Shown piece by piece: positions 1-12,900 of a stretch of DNA of 64,000 bases. Made by a program: the position numbers and the translations under genes. Source of the DNA: Antedon mediterranea (Eukaryota > Animalia > Echinodermata); assembly GCF_964355755.1 (NCBI RefSeq), contig NC_092676.1, forward strand, positions 13,906,871 through 13,970,870. The letters are read 5' to 3'. The notes under the pieces are model-generated. The model had not been told where the DNA came from and did not search any database. It saw only the letters and a list, made by a program, of their open reading frames with translations. The first letter of the stretch is position 1. Each line of letters opens with the position of its first letter.

Positions 1-1062
1 CCAGGGCTTTTGAAAAAATGGATAGAATGGAGATGGGTCGATAATTAGAGAGATCAGATTTTGGACCAGATTTGTATATAGGGGTAACGCGCTCTAGCTT
101 CATCCTCTCTGGGAACACACCGCTGGTTAAAGCAAGATTAAAAATATGACACAGTGGAAGGGAAATCAGGTCAGCAATGTATTTAATGGCCTTGGTATGA
201 AAGTCATCAATACCTGGAGATTTATTATTTTCAAAAGAAGTTATTATTTTGACTATTTCAGACTCATCAACTGGGTTAAGAAATATTGAATTTGGATTTG
301 GATTTGGTAAGAATTCTTTGAATGATTTGGTAACACGGGGAATTTGGTTTGCAAGGGTGGGGCCAATTTCGACAAAGTATTTATTAAACGCATTAGAAAT
401 TTTCTCCTGATCTTCCGTCAATTCGCCATCGCAGTTAAACCGAGTATTGGATTGTTGATTGCTGTTGTTTTTGTTAATCAGAGAATTAATTGTCTTCCAA
501 GTTGCCTTGATATCATTTTTATGTTTGTGAAATATATTTTGGAAGTAATTAGCTTTAGAAATTTTGATTACAGAATTTAATTTATTGCGGTATAGTTTAT
601 AAGCTTTTTCATTTATGGGAGTCGGACGGTGAAGAAATTTGGCATATAATTTCTGCTTATATTTTATAGATTTGAGCAAGCCATCAGACATCCATGATTT
701 TATTTTTTTGTCTTTTTTAGTGTTGTACTGGAGGGGGAAGTTTTTGTCGTATAGGGACTTTAGTGTGTTTTCAAAGTAATTGTATGCTATATCGGGGTCC
801 TGCTTATAAAATACATTGGTCCACTGTTGAGTAGCCACTTCTTGACGGAAATGTTCTAATGTAGAGGGGTTAATTTTCCTAAAAGCCGATTTATCTTCCC
901 TGTTTGAGCTAGTAGTAACATTGGACAAAAATGAAATATTAAACACTGGGAGATGGTCAGAGATGTCACTGTAAAATAGTCCACTCAGGTTGGGAAAGTC
1001 AATTTGATTGCTTATGATATTGTCTAACAGGGTAGCTGTAGTTTTGGTAATACAAGATGGTC
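1..1062 (-). mobile_element. Non-LTR retrotransposon ORF2 fragment (L2/Crack/Daphne-like): end of APE endonuclease, linker, start of RT; runs off window
   Basis: Manual minus-strand translation: RPSCITKTTATLLDNII...SGLFYSDISDHLPVF (APE C-terminus), ...ISNAFNKYFVEIG..., KSPGIDD, ...IFNLALTSGVFPERMKLERVTPIYKSG...SNYRPISILSIFSK (RT domains 0-2). Confidence 0.9.
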
Positions 1063-1080
1063 TGTGAATGCGGGGATACG

Positions 1081-2290
1081 AGATGGTCTGTGAATGCGGA
1101 TTTGATGTAGGATTTATGAGCTTTGCGGATCTTTCGGTCAGTCTGGCGGCAGAGTTTTTTTAATTTTGCCCAGCAGTTTGCAGAGCCATACTTTTTGGCA
1201 CTTTTATAAAGATGCTTCTTTCTGTTGATGTCTCTACTTATTGAAGGAGTTGTGCGATTCCTCAACAGAGCTAGAATTCATCATAACAGCATCCATGGTG
1301 TTGAAATACTCTTCCATATCACTATCAATATCGGCAAATTTGGCTTTTGCGTAGAGGAAAATCTCGGCGGTCAAATGATTTTCGATTTTAAGACTGTACA
1401 TTATAAGTTGACGGAAATACCTCACCAGATGTAATGGTTTAACTGAGCCAAGACTCCGTCCCAATCACAATATTGGGGTCTTCCGTAGTAAAAATGGTTT
1501 CAAATATGTGACGTTTAGCACTAATACGGCCATACTGCGTTGAAACACCGGTTCTCGTCAGATCACCGAAGTTAAGCAACGTTGGGCCCGGTTGCGTTCT
1601 GGATGGGAGACCGTCTAGAAATCGCGGCGGGTGCTGTATACTGGAGAGTGATGGTGTAATGGTAATATCGGACTAGCATGTGATAGGCATGGGTTCGAGG
1701 TTATCTGTACCATACTAATTGCATCCTAGGCAAGATGCTTTACTCTCATTGCCTCATCCTTCGGATGGGATGTAAAGCCGTTGGTCCTGTGTACTTAACA
1801 GTACATTAAAGAACTTGGTACACTATTCGAAAAGAGTAGGGGATCGTCTCCCGGTGTGCTGATCTGGTAGGCGCTGCACTGCTGGCTGCCGTGGGTCCGT
1901 GGAGGGCCTAATCCGAATTCCTCTGAGTTAAGCTTGAGGACAAATATAAATACCTTTACCTTTACCTTTAATACTTTGAAAGTTTATGTTGAGAATTTCA
2001 AGTTGGTAATATGATCTTTGCATTTTGGTTTTGAGTTCATTTTGGAGTTACACTGATCTTTCTTAGGCTTTGGGCTAGATGACCAAATGGGTTCCCCTGG
2101 AACAGAAGAATGATTAATACTTGAAACATCCGACATTCGAGTAGTAATCCATAGTCGATCCAATTCAATAGGTTCATCCATGTTAGGGATGTTAAAAATC
2201 CGGATGCATGTTAAAATCACAAATGGCAGAGTAGACCAATAATACCTCAGAAGATACATGGTAAAAATCCACAAAGTCATAATCATGAGT
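1081..2290 (-). mobile_element. Decayed CR1-type LINE (APE N-terminus plus linker), split by the SINE at 1525-1970
   Basis: The two sides of the SINE rejoin as NINFQSI-SAKRHIFETIFTTEDPNIVIGTESWLS (APE start); downstream linker ...KKHLYKSAKK...WAKLKKLCRQTDRKIRKAHKSYI. A 19-bp direct repeat AGATGGTCTGTGAATGCGG lies at the junction with the neighbouring LINE (about 1055 and 1081). Confidence 0.75.
1525..1970 (+). mobile_element. Chimeric SINE: 5S rRNA-derived head + tRNA-like segment + Deu/Nin-like central domain + (TACCTT)n tail
   Basis: 1525-1640 5S-like (TACGGCCATAC...CGAAGTTAAGC...GGATGGGAGACC...GGTGCTGTA); 1643-1700 A box TGGTGTAATGG and B box GGTTCGAG; about 1757-1870 CCTTCGGATGGGATGTAAAGCCGTTGGTCC...AAAGAAC...AAGAGTAGGGG...CCCGGTG, resembling the Deu/Nin domain; tail 1951-1970; short TAAT(AC) duplication inside a CR1 ORF. 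Confidence 0.8.
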
Positions 2291-3392
2291 TAAAAATCCC
2301 GATTAAAATTCAAGATGGCAGATCCGTGATAGTCAATACACATAAATACAAAGTTAATAATGCCTACAAAAACAGTCAAAATGCATCCAGAACGGTCCAA
2401 TGATGTCTTGGTAGCAGCACAAGAAAATTGCAACCAGCTCCCATGAAGCACCCTCTAGAGACCCTAGTCCACACACACACAGCCACTGTCATTCACCAGC
2501 GACTAAACCGGTACTCCCACCAACTCTTTAGAAGCATAGTTTGGAGGGTGGTTGGACACCCAGTTGGTACTAAACACAAAAACCAACTACAAGGGCTTCA
2601 GTTCAGCAAAACCAATGACGGCTATCCAGCAAAACCTCGCCACCACTGGTAGATATGGCTTATGCCAACTTTTTGTATTTCATATAAATATTATGTGTAT
2701 TTACGATCCATATAAATAATAATTAAGTTACGATGTTTAGCGTTTACAGTTTACCGTCCTGTGTTGAATTTTTCGTTTAGTTTAAAACAATGCCATCAAA
2801 AAAGAGTAGCAGCGGACGGAGAAAACATGATACAAAAACAATTTTTTTTTAAAGTGTACACCCCTGTATTTTAATGTACTATCTATACCATGATTTACCA
2901 CGTACGGCAGCCGGGACGATATTGTTTTGGTTACAATTACAAATATGTTCGATGTTTTGTCTAGGCCTAGCTAGGAGGGTAGGGCTTATTTAATATTAAT
3001 TAGTACTACTGTACTACTAATTTAATAATCTGTTGAAATAGGTCTATCCTAGGCTCTATAGCTATAGGCCTAGACTAGGATTGGCTATTTTTCTTTATTT
3101 ATCTCTGTACAGACACGCACTTTCGTGCCGTGGTGACAACCCATGTGTGTCGTTGTGTCAGGTCTATATAAAAATTAGGCCTAGTTAGCCGCGCATATGT
3201 ACGTCTTCAGCGCAAAAACAATTTGTAAAAAATGAAAAAAAGAAAATTATCTGGCCTCCCGACTGGAATTTTTTTCAGACGAAAATCAACCGGATTCAGG
3301 CAGTTTTTTCACATTGAATGTCAAGGCTTAGTATCTCAAAAGTTGGGGTTGCAAATCTGCGCAAACCACTTTTTTTAAATTCTTGTACTTAC

Positions 3393-3479
3393 GCTTCTCT
3401 TTTCTTATAACTTTTGTCATATGTTGGTTTGGAAATTTCATCATCTGAATTTTCTGGCTCTTGAGGAACATTACAATCA
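3393..3479 (-). CDS. MORC3: MORC coding exon 12 ([28 protein letters not shown])
   Basis: CATTAG acceptor, GTAAGT donor; supplies the last CW cysteine. Confidence 0.88.
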
Positions 3480-6400
3480 CTAATGAAAAAACATAAATAA
3501 AAGCAAAGTTTAACACAGGGGTTCTGAACAGGCAGCCTGCAGGCCAAATGCAGCTCCAGGTGCATTTCATACAGCCTGCAAATAGCTACTGCTAAAAAAA
3601 ATAAAGAAAAGTAATGTTAGAAAGGGGAGAACATGTACATTTTTCAAGATAATCAGTTAAGGTGTTTTAAATTGTATTGTATCTATGTTTCTAAGCTCAG
3701 GAAAACAAAATTTCATGTATGTAATATTATGTGACAATAAATTGAATCTTGAACCTTGAACCCATAATGCCCATGAAATTCCAGCCTTCGCACCATGGTT
3801 CCTGTCAGCAGGGCTTTCAATAGTCCAGCATTGAACGCGGGAACCTAACAGCTCTAATTTTCTTAGCTCAGCCTGGTCCTTGAAACTTATACATTTTTGT
3901 CATATTTCAAATTTTAAGTGCCATTTCCAGGGACCTATCAGTTCTATTTTTCAAAATGTTCTTATCTAACCCCAACTATGGTGGGCATGAGGTCCTGGAG
4001 ACATATTTCGTAAAGATAGTAATCGGAAAAATTATTATTTTTGCATTGACACAAGGCCCTTGTTATACGACTGGTGCCCCACTTGTGACTTCACATTCTA
4101 TTATGTGGCCCACGACATTAGTAAATTACAATCTGGCCCATGATAGAAAACTGTTGAGAATTACCCCTGGTTTAACATATTGATTTAGATTCTTCATCAA
4201 TTTGTCTAAAAGCATCAAAAAAGTGTTTTGTTGTGCCCTGGCTCGGCTAATAATAGTGAACTCACAGATCAAGTTTGAGTGGTAGAATTGATGACTATAA
4301 TACAATGTAAATTGTCAAAAATACCCAAAAAAAATCAAATTGAAGATTTTTATACTTTTTTTTTACACAGTACATGAAAAATAACACTAAAAAGGGAAGT
4401 TTTATGTTATTCGATAACAGTTTGAACTGGACTTTATCTTAATAGAAGAGTTACCGTCGAGCAAGATCTTTATTCATTGAACAGGACCACACATCTGGAA
4501 GACTGTCATTTGAAACCGAATCTGGAAGTTTACGCCATTTGGAACAGTAATCGCACTGAACCCAAGTATGGTCAGGAAGGCTGTAACAAATCACAATTAA
4601 AATTAAATCTTAATAAAGTGTTTATATAATTGTGCATTAATGGTAAACTGTAGTTTTAATTATCTTGTACAGACAATTTTTTATTATGTGGACGATGTTG
4701 AAGCTGGGTGTCCCCACCTAACTTAGCATATTTGTCTGTATAATCATTGACCAGAATAATAAAAAAAATGTAATAATTTCATTTTAGCAAGCAGCTTTAG
4801 AATACAAAAAAACTATATGATAAACTATAAAAGTACATACTCATCTTTAGTAGATCCAAGGAACTGGTGAGTTGTTCGAGCTGCTTCAACATTCTCTCTT
4901 TTTTCATTCCAGTAGTCATTCAATTTATCTCCAACAGCTTTGATACACCTACTGTTATATGAAAATTAATTTCCATTTATTATGTTTTTAAATTATCTTT
5001 TTGAATTTTTTTCCATACAAACAGGGAGTTGTTGATAACCCACAAATGTTAACATCCCAAAGAATTTAAAGGATTTCTGTACTATTTTAACATTAGTAAA
5101 CTTTTGTTGACACAATGAACATTTCAATTTACATTCATGCTTTTCGAATTAGTGGACATTTTTTAATTCATTAAACACAAAATGACCACAAACACAAAAA
5201 CACAGAACATTAAAAGCAATAACATTTATACAGCAATTAAAACTAACACTTGAATCATCCCAACAATAGGTGAGCATCATGGTGCATTTTATTTGTAAAA
5301 TTAATGTACATGAAATAAAGATTGTAAAAAAGGCTTTCCTAATTTCTGACACAAACAAAAAAGAATACTACCTGTGAGCTGTACTATCTTTAAAATCTTG
5401 TTTGTTGTGTGTTGGTGTAAGAAAGTTGCAATCAATAATCCCAACGATTCCAAAACCCCGATTATCTGCCTGAAAATAACATTACTTACAAACTAAATAA
5501 TTTAAAATAAAATACTTTACAATATAAAGGCATACATCCTTACAACAATGTTTAGATCAAAGCTCCTTCTGGTCATGAGAGTAAATTTAGTAAAACACTT
5601 TTAAAGTTTGAAAGCATTGGAGGTGGGAGTTGTCCTGATGTAAATATTTAGTAATCAAACCTGGCTTTGTTAATCACTATAAAGGATGTTTAATCGATTT
5701 TAGTACCAGTATGAGATCTTATGTATGTATGGTTTTTAGCAAACTGTTCCATTTCAGTACAAATCAGCGAAAATTTCTCATTTTGAAAAAAAAACCACTT
5801 GTATGTATTGTCCCCCTGGAAAAATATTTCTTTTATATGTCATATGCCATTTTAATGTAACATAATAGTTTGACCAAAAATTGGAAAAAAAAAATGTACA
5901 AAAAAAATGCATTTACCTGAAAAAACTGTAATTTAAAGCAAAAAATGGTCAAATTGGCTGCCAGCCAATGGGTTTTGGTTAAATTTAACCATTTATTTTG
6001 TCATTTTATAAGTGAACACATTATTTTTGTTTGTTTTTTCTACGGAAGTGATTAACCTTATTAAAGCTACAAAATAATATTCAAACTCTGATTTAATTAA
6101 TCTTTTTCATGTTTTTGGGGGACAATACTGTACATCTTTAAACAAAGAAAAACTTAATCTTATCTGCAGTAAATATTCAGAATAAGGTCATTGTCGATTG
6201 AGCATGCAATTGGCGACCATGCTGTACTGAATTATTTTGAACTTAAATCCCAAACTGGATGGATGGTATAGCATGCTGTTCCATTCTCCTTTAAAGCAAA
6301 ATCCGAGTTGTACATGGACAAGTCGGGAATTCTAACCCACTGTCTCTTATCATTTTTATTACTGTTATGGCCATTAGTGTGTGTCCCTTAAAATGGACCT

Positions 6401-6871
6401 GAATGGATTTTCCATTTTAGAATTATATTTTAGGGGCTATTAGGTGTTGCTTGAAACCAGAATGACCGAAAGTGGGAAATACACTGTAATCATTTAGTTT
6501 AATCCAAGTATAGATATGATTATCACTGTTGTAAATAATTGGTGATAATAGTTAGTACTGTAATAATATGAACTAGAGGGTACTCCGAGAGTACAAACCT
6601 CCGCCTACTGTAAAATTCCCCTACATAAAATTCCCCCGGAAAATAATATATATTTTTTTTTATTTTTTTTTTATTAGTTTTAAGTGTAAATAGGCTAACT
6701 GCACACTACAAAGTTGTGGATGAGCGTTTGGTGTAATTGTTATGTATCCAGCCTCTCACAGTTGAGATCGCTGGTTCAAGTCCAGCTAAGTAACTGTGGC
6801 CTCCAGGCTGTTTACAGACACACACACAAACACACAAACACACAAACATACACACCCACACACACACAAAC

Positions 6872-6902
<31 letters not shown>

Positions 6903-9900
6903 AACATACAGGGGTGAAAATATAACCTCCTTGGCGGAGGTAATAATATGTATTGTAATAAAAAAACAAAAACCAATGCTGTCGTCGTCCATGTGTCTGA
7001 TGATTGTGTCCAAATATATAATTTAATTTTTTTTCCTACATTGTGTGCATGACACGGTTGTTAATGATGATATTTTATTGTAATTGATCCATTGTTCTGT
7101 TTATTGTAACCATGGCTGAGGGTGAAGAAATGCCAGAACGGGATAATCAGTTGATTAGTGCAATGTCCGGGGCTTTTGGTAGGGTATCCAGTACTAAAAA
7201 CCTGCCTTAATTAGCTTACTAAATTTCGTGGTAATCCTAAAATGGTTTCTTTCAGACATTTCATCTATATATAAATTTACGTAAGGGCAAAAATCGGTAA
7301 ATCGTGCGTTATTTCTAGAATGTTTACTCGATGGTATATAAAGTTGGTTCGTACTTTCGGTACTAATTTTAACCACCTGATGTAACCCTGTCTACTAATT
7401 TAATTGAGTTCGATAATTAGTTATTGACGATTGGAACGAATTTAGGTTCAACGATTTGCCCCAAATAGGGGTGTTTTCCGATCGTGGTATACACTGTCTA
7501 ATGGATGTCAATTTGAAAAATACCCGCACACAATAATACGAGGACACTTCGCATTTTCCTATCTCCTCCTACGATAATTGTTTTTAATAGCTGAAAACCG
7601 GTTGAACAGTTCGAGTACAGCATCATAATGTTGAAGACAGGCCGATTTTCTTTAAAAAATGCTATTTTGATACATGTAATATACGTTTTTACACATGTAT
7701 TGATTTGTGATGAATGGAACATTCCAAATTATTTGGTTTAACCATAGAGGTATAGATTTAGATTTATGGGCCCCCTTGGAGAATAAACATAAATAGTACA
7801 GTATTGCAATGCACTTTTGATCGCAATTTGAATCGCAAATATCTTACTGTGAGTGTTGGTACTGTTAGATATAATATAAACAAATATACAAATAAACTTT
7901 ATTACTGTGAGTGTGGGTAGGCCCTACTGTTAGATTATAAACATATAATATACAAATAAATAAACGTTATTACTGACAGTTGCTTCTCAACGTTTGTATT
8001 AATTAATAATTTAAAAATATATAAACGTACGTACGTAGTGGTGTATCGTTACATGTACTTTACTATTTCAATCGACTATGACAGTGAGAGTTTTAACAAA
8101 GTATTAAATCGTAAATGTTTTACTGTATTTAGTGGTATATTATTTATAGGCCTATAAAACATTAAAAACAATATTTCGTTACTGAGTGGATAAGAATATA
8201 TTTTAAAATGTTTCCTCTTTGTACCTATCTTCTTCCCCCATCCCTCAACCCTTAATGTTACATACAAAACACAAATTGGGTTTGTTTAAATGAGTCCAAA
8301 TAAAAAAATTTGACTCATTTTGTTTCTCTCTCTGAAGTAATTCCCAGGGTGCTAATTTTAGCTGACTACATAAATCATCGTGTATATTTATTCGTTTCTG
8401 TAAACGACAATGTATTATAGTCCTGCAGTACGTACATTTGAAATCTCCATTTTTTTCTCGCTGGAAAATACTGTGTATTCGAGAACCATCTGTGGGCACG
8501 ACCTAGATGGTACGCGAGCGAAGCGAGCGTGCCATCTAGTTGATAAAATTTATCACAGAGTTCGAAGAATATTGTAGCTATTATAAAGTAGATGGGAAGG
8601 ATACTATTAACTCATTTGGAGGGTCCTGCTAAAGAGGAGATAACTTGTCGTTCCACCGAGGTGAAAGAAGATTCTGTTGAGATTATGAAACTTTTGAAAT
8701 CTAGATTTGGAACTGGGGAGAAACTATCCGCGTTAACTAGTGAATTGCACAATAGGGTCCAGTAGGAAGGTGAAAGTTTAGCTGATTATAGTAATGCCCT
8801 TCTAAGGCTTCTCATCCAGTAATATTGGGTTGCAATGCACTTGGGGAATTTCTCTAGTGATGGAAATATATTTAAAAAAGCAAATGATAACTGTGGCTAA
8901 GGAGAAAATTTCTCCTTTAAAATGGACCTGAAATGGACTTTCGATTTTCAAGAAATTCAAACATGTTATTTAAACGTATCAAATTAACACAAGCCCATAC
9001 AAATAAAAACAAAATGTATAGTATTTTGAGAAAAAACGAAATTTTAAGACACCTTGGTAAATTAGCGAAAATTACTCACGCCATTGCAATATTCTGTTTC
9101 AACAGCCGTCGGGAGCATCTATATTCACAACGTCACATATACACACGACGATCATCGAGAGCGTGTATGCCGCCCGATAGTTCATTCATTCATTAGTGGA
9201 AATCATCATTTCCTTTTATTGTCATTTGCATATACAGTAAAACAAAATATATACATAGAAATTGTGTTTGCTCTGAGACACAAAATACAGATATAAATAA
9301 CAAAAAAAAACACAATTACAATGATATTATGTCACATCACTCTCGTACGGTTTCCCAACTAGCATTCAGTGCCCAAATAGCAGCTGGATAGAAGCTGTTG
9401 CGAAACCTATTAGTACGAGAAGTGATGGACCGGTATCGTCTACCGCTACGTAACATCTCAAATACATTATGCATGGGATGGCTTGAATCTAGCAATATAC
9501 AATGCGTTTTCTTAATTAAACGCTTCCCGAAAATGAATTCAATAGTGCTCTGTTCAATAAGATGTGATGCATACTTAACAACATGTTGTAGATCAGACTT
9601 ATCTTTATTTGTGGCCCCGGTGAATCACAAAATAATACTAAAGGTGAGTACACTTTCAATAATGAAATTGTCATAATGAAAGGGTCCACTCCGAAGGATT
9701 AAAGTCTACGTAAAAAGTAAGCGTTGTTGGGCCTTCAGGGGTGAGGGAATTTCAATTTCTTTCACTTGTCCCCGGACAAGTACCTGCACAGAATTCACTT
9801 GTCCGAGAAAAAAATTTACTTGTCCCTCTTTATTGCGCAATAGGCAAAAAATTACACAAGTGTCGACAAATGTCACGCAAGTGTTTATTGTCTATTTAAA

Positions 9901-12900
9901 ATTCAGCAGTTTATAGGCCTAGCCTAGACTTTTTTAGCCTGCTCAATATTTTGATAAAAATAACGGTCATTTTTAGGTTTTATTTTATTAACACAACAGT
10001 GTGTAGAGTACTGTAGGCCTAATTAATAAATAGTAGGCCTAGTTAGTAAATAAAAAATAAAAGAATTGAATTACCAAAAAAACTGTGGTGTCTATTATAT
10101 ACAAACGTATCATAGCCTAGTCATACATGTGAACTGATCTTTGCCTACTGTAGCTATGCCGGCTAGCTAGGTATATTTAAATAATTTTTTTTAATAATTT
10201 TTATTTTGTCCAGGAGGCTAGGCATAGGCCTAATTAAAATTAGTTTTTAAAATAATTGTTATTTTGTCCAGGCATATTTGTTGCATTGAGTACCGAATAA
10301 AACAAACAAACAAACAAACAAATAATTAGTTAACAAATAATACCGAATTAATGTAGGTCTGGCTAGGCCAAATACTAATTAAAGCTTGCCATCCAGACAC
10401 TAGGCCTTAGACCGTCACCATGGAGAGAGAGAAAAATACCTCCAGGCCCCAGGCCATCCTTACTCTAGAAGTTAGGCCTCCTACTACTCTACAACTTCTG
10501 TACGAACGGAGAGAGGATGTTTTTGTTATTATCCAATTCACTAAATAAAATAGCTTGTTGCATTTCACAGGTAAATTTATAAAAAACATTCGGATCAGGT
10601 GCCGTTTTCGGCCACCTCGACTTATATGGACTATACCATTATTATGCTAGGGGTGTGGTGTATTATGTTTTATGTATAGAAGGGTGTCTATTGAATGGGA
10701 AGACAATACGATTGTTCTGTTATGTAACCTACAGTACAAACTACAAGGAACAATACAAAACATCAAAAACTAGCAATGCATGTACTTTTTATAAGGCATG
10801 TTATTATTAGGTACTGTGTTAGGGAATACCAAGATTTTGTAACAATATTATTTACTATATTAACTAAAGATATTTTAAATAAAAAAAATTTTATAGACAA
10901 ATTTAATAAAGAACCATCTACTAACTGGAAAACCCATTTAGGAAAAATAATAAAACAAGTTGATCATAACGAGTGGTTTTTAAAGGCCCAAATGCAAAAC
11001 GAAATTCCATCCAAAACAACGTTAACGGAATATACTATGTATAAAGGAACTCCAAACCTTGAACAATATGTGTTAGATAAAACTAATTTTAAGAGTATCA
11101 ATTTAAAATTTAAAGCAAAATCAAACTCTTGAGGGTCAAGGATTATGTAAGATGTGTAGTACTAACGAAAACAGTAAACCAGTTTTTATTTAAATGTCCT
11201 TCATTAAACTCTGTTCACTTTATGCTAGACAATTTATTCACTGAAAATGAAACATTCCTTGATTTTTATTGTAAAAAATATTTAATGAAAGCATGGGTTA
11301 CTAGATCTACAATGTTATCAGCATTACCTCTCTCAACTAATTGATTATAGTAAACAGAAATCCAGTAAACAAGCTACAGACATCTCTATGAGGATGTATC
11401 TGTAAGTTTTATTTATTTATTAGGCCTATTAGTGTATTTTTGTTGTTCTGTTTTTATTTTTGTAGTTATATATATTGTACAATTTACATATTATGTATTT
11501 TCATACAGATCTAATTAATTAATTAGTTTACATTTTGTTTTGATGTTATGTATTAGTATTTAGAACTTTCTGGCTTATGTTATTTGTAATTTTGTCTGTA
11601 AATTGGATGCACCATTAACTGATAAATGTGTGACACCGATATAAAGGTGATTCCTATGAATAAATAAATAAATAAAAAGTAGGTATACTTACTTATTATA
11701 TATAAAAACTAAACTAAACACTACAGTATAATCAAAAGTAAAGCATATTAAATACTAGGCCTATGTTATTCCTATCTGGATTTAAACACTTCAAATTTTA
11801 GTACAATCGGATTCGAAATTAGAAAATCTTAAATACTACAATACAATCGGAATTAAAACATCCTAAATACTACAGTACAATCGCTATTAATATATCCTAC
11901 TAAATACTACATTACAATCGGTTAAATTACCTAAACTCTATAATGTTGTGAAAGATGTAAAAGAATGTTGGCAAATGCATTCTAATCGGCCCAATCATAG
12001 CGGTAGATAAATCATATTTTTTTGATCCGAATTTATAAAAAACATTCTTTTCCCTATGAAACCACTTTATCAATTGTCCGTTCCATGCACGATGTACAGA
12101 GAAAAATTAAAATACTGGGCCTACCACCTCCTCGCGTGTATACAGCTTCCATCTTGATGCATGGTATTTTTGATCAACAATACCTGGTAGAGTCCATTAA
12201 TTACGGGGGTTCTTTTTAACTGGGCATTTTTTTAATTACCCAGTTAACCTATGTCTCAACCACTGCATGGTCCAAAAATGTTTTAATTACCTCCCCAAAT
12301 AGAAAATCGTGTAATCTATAATGATGTGACTCGGGTCATTGACCAATCAGTGATGTATTAAATGCACTGGGTTTAATGTGATTTGAAGAAGCCTGCTATT
12401 TTTATTAATGCACATGGCTAACTGTGTTGGCACATGGTTTTCTGTGCTCTTAGTTTAATTTCCTGAATTTCAAAAGTGCTTGTCCCCGGACAAGAGGGTA
12501 CGTCAAATGTGGTTGTCCGACCGTAAAAAACACTTGTCCCGGGCGTCGGGCAAGTGGGTTCGCTCAGCCCTGGGCCTTTTTAGTACACTTGGTAATATGG
12601 TCGTGCCATTTTAGATCGCTAGTGATCACCACACCAAGAAACTCAAAATTGTCTACAATTTCAACTTGAGAGTTATTTATATACAGCGGAAATTTATTTG
12701 ACTTATTTTTTCTAAAGTCGACAACAATTTCCTTGGTTTTATTAACATTTAATATTAAGTTGTTCTCAGCACACCAACGTATTGTGTTATCGACCTGAGT
12801 TCGGTAGAGTCGGTATAGTCTGTGAATGATCGATGGCCTGGAAAGATACTAATTTATTCAATATCATGTTTAATGTTGTTGAAATATAGTGCCCTAAATG

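Larger units (their letters stand above)
9340..12830 (-). mobile_element. Rex1/Babar-clade LINE 3' part, split by the hAT element 9736-12572
   Basis: 12830-12573: [23 protein letters not shown]...[14 protein letters not shown]...TKKA; 9735-9340: QQRL...IESVLTFSI...[22 protein letters not shown]. Confidence 0.8.

Noticed and set aside
1525-1640. Functional 5S rRNA gene (also 50584-50698)
   Set aside because: Diverged, no oligo-T terminator, fused to SINE bodies with tails, and inserted inside other transposons.
6720-6790. tRNA gene (also about 54485-54565 on the minus strand)
   Set aside because: A/B-box-like motifs only; no convincing acceptor stem; embedded in repeats, so likely SINE-derived.
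6706-7026. Cys/Val-rich and His/Thr-rich ORFs
   Set aside because: Translations of a (CA)n microsatellite.
7743-7768. Additional P-like footprints CATAGAGGTATAG...TATG and CATGGACTGGTCCATTG (30888-30904)
   Set aside because: No flanking 7-bp duplication, so not counted.
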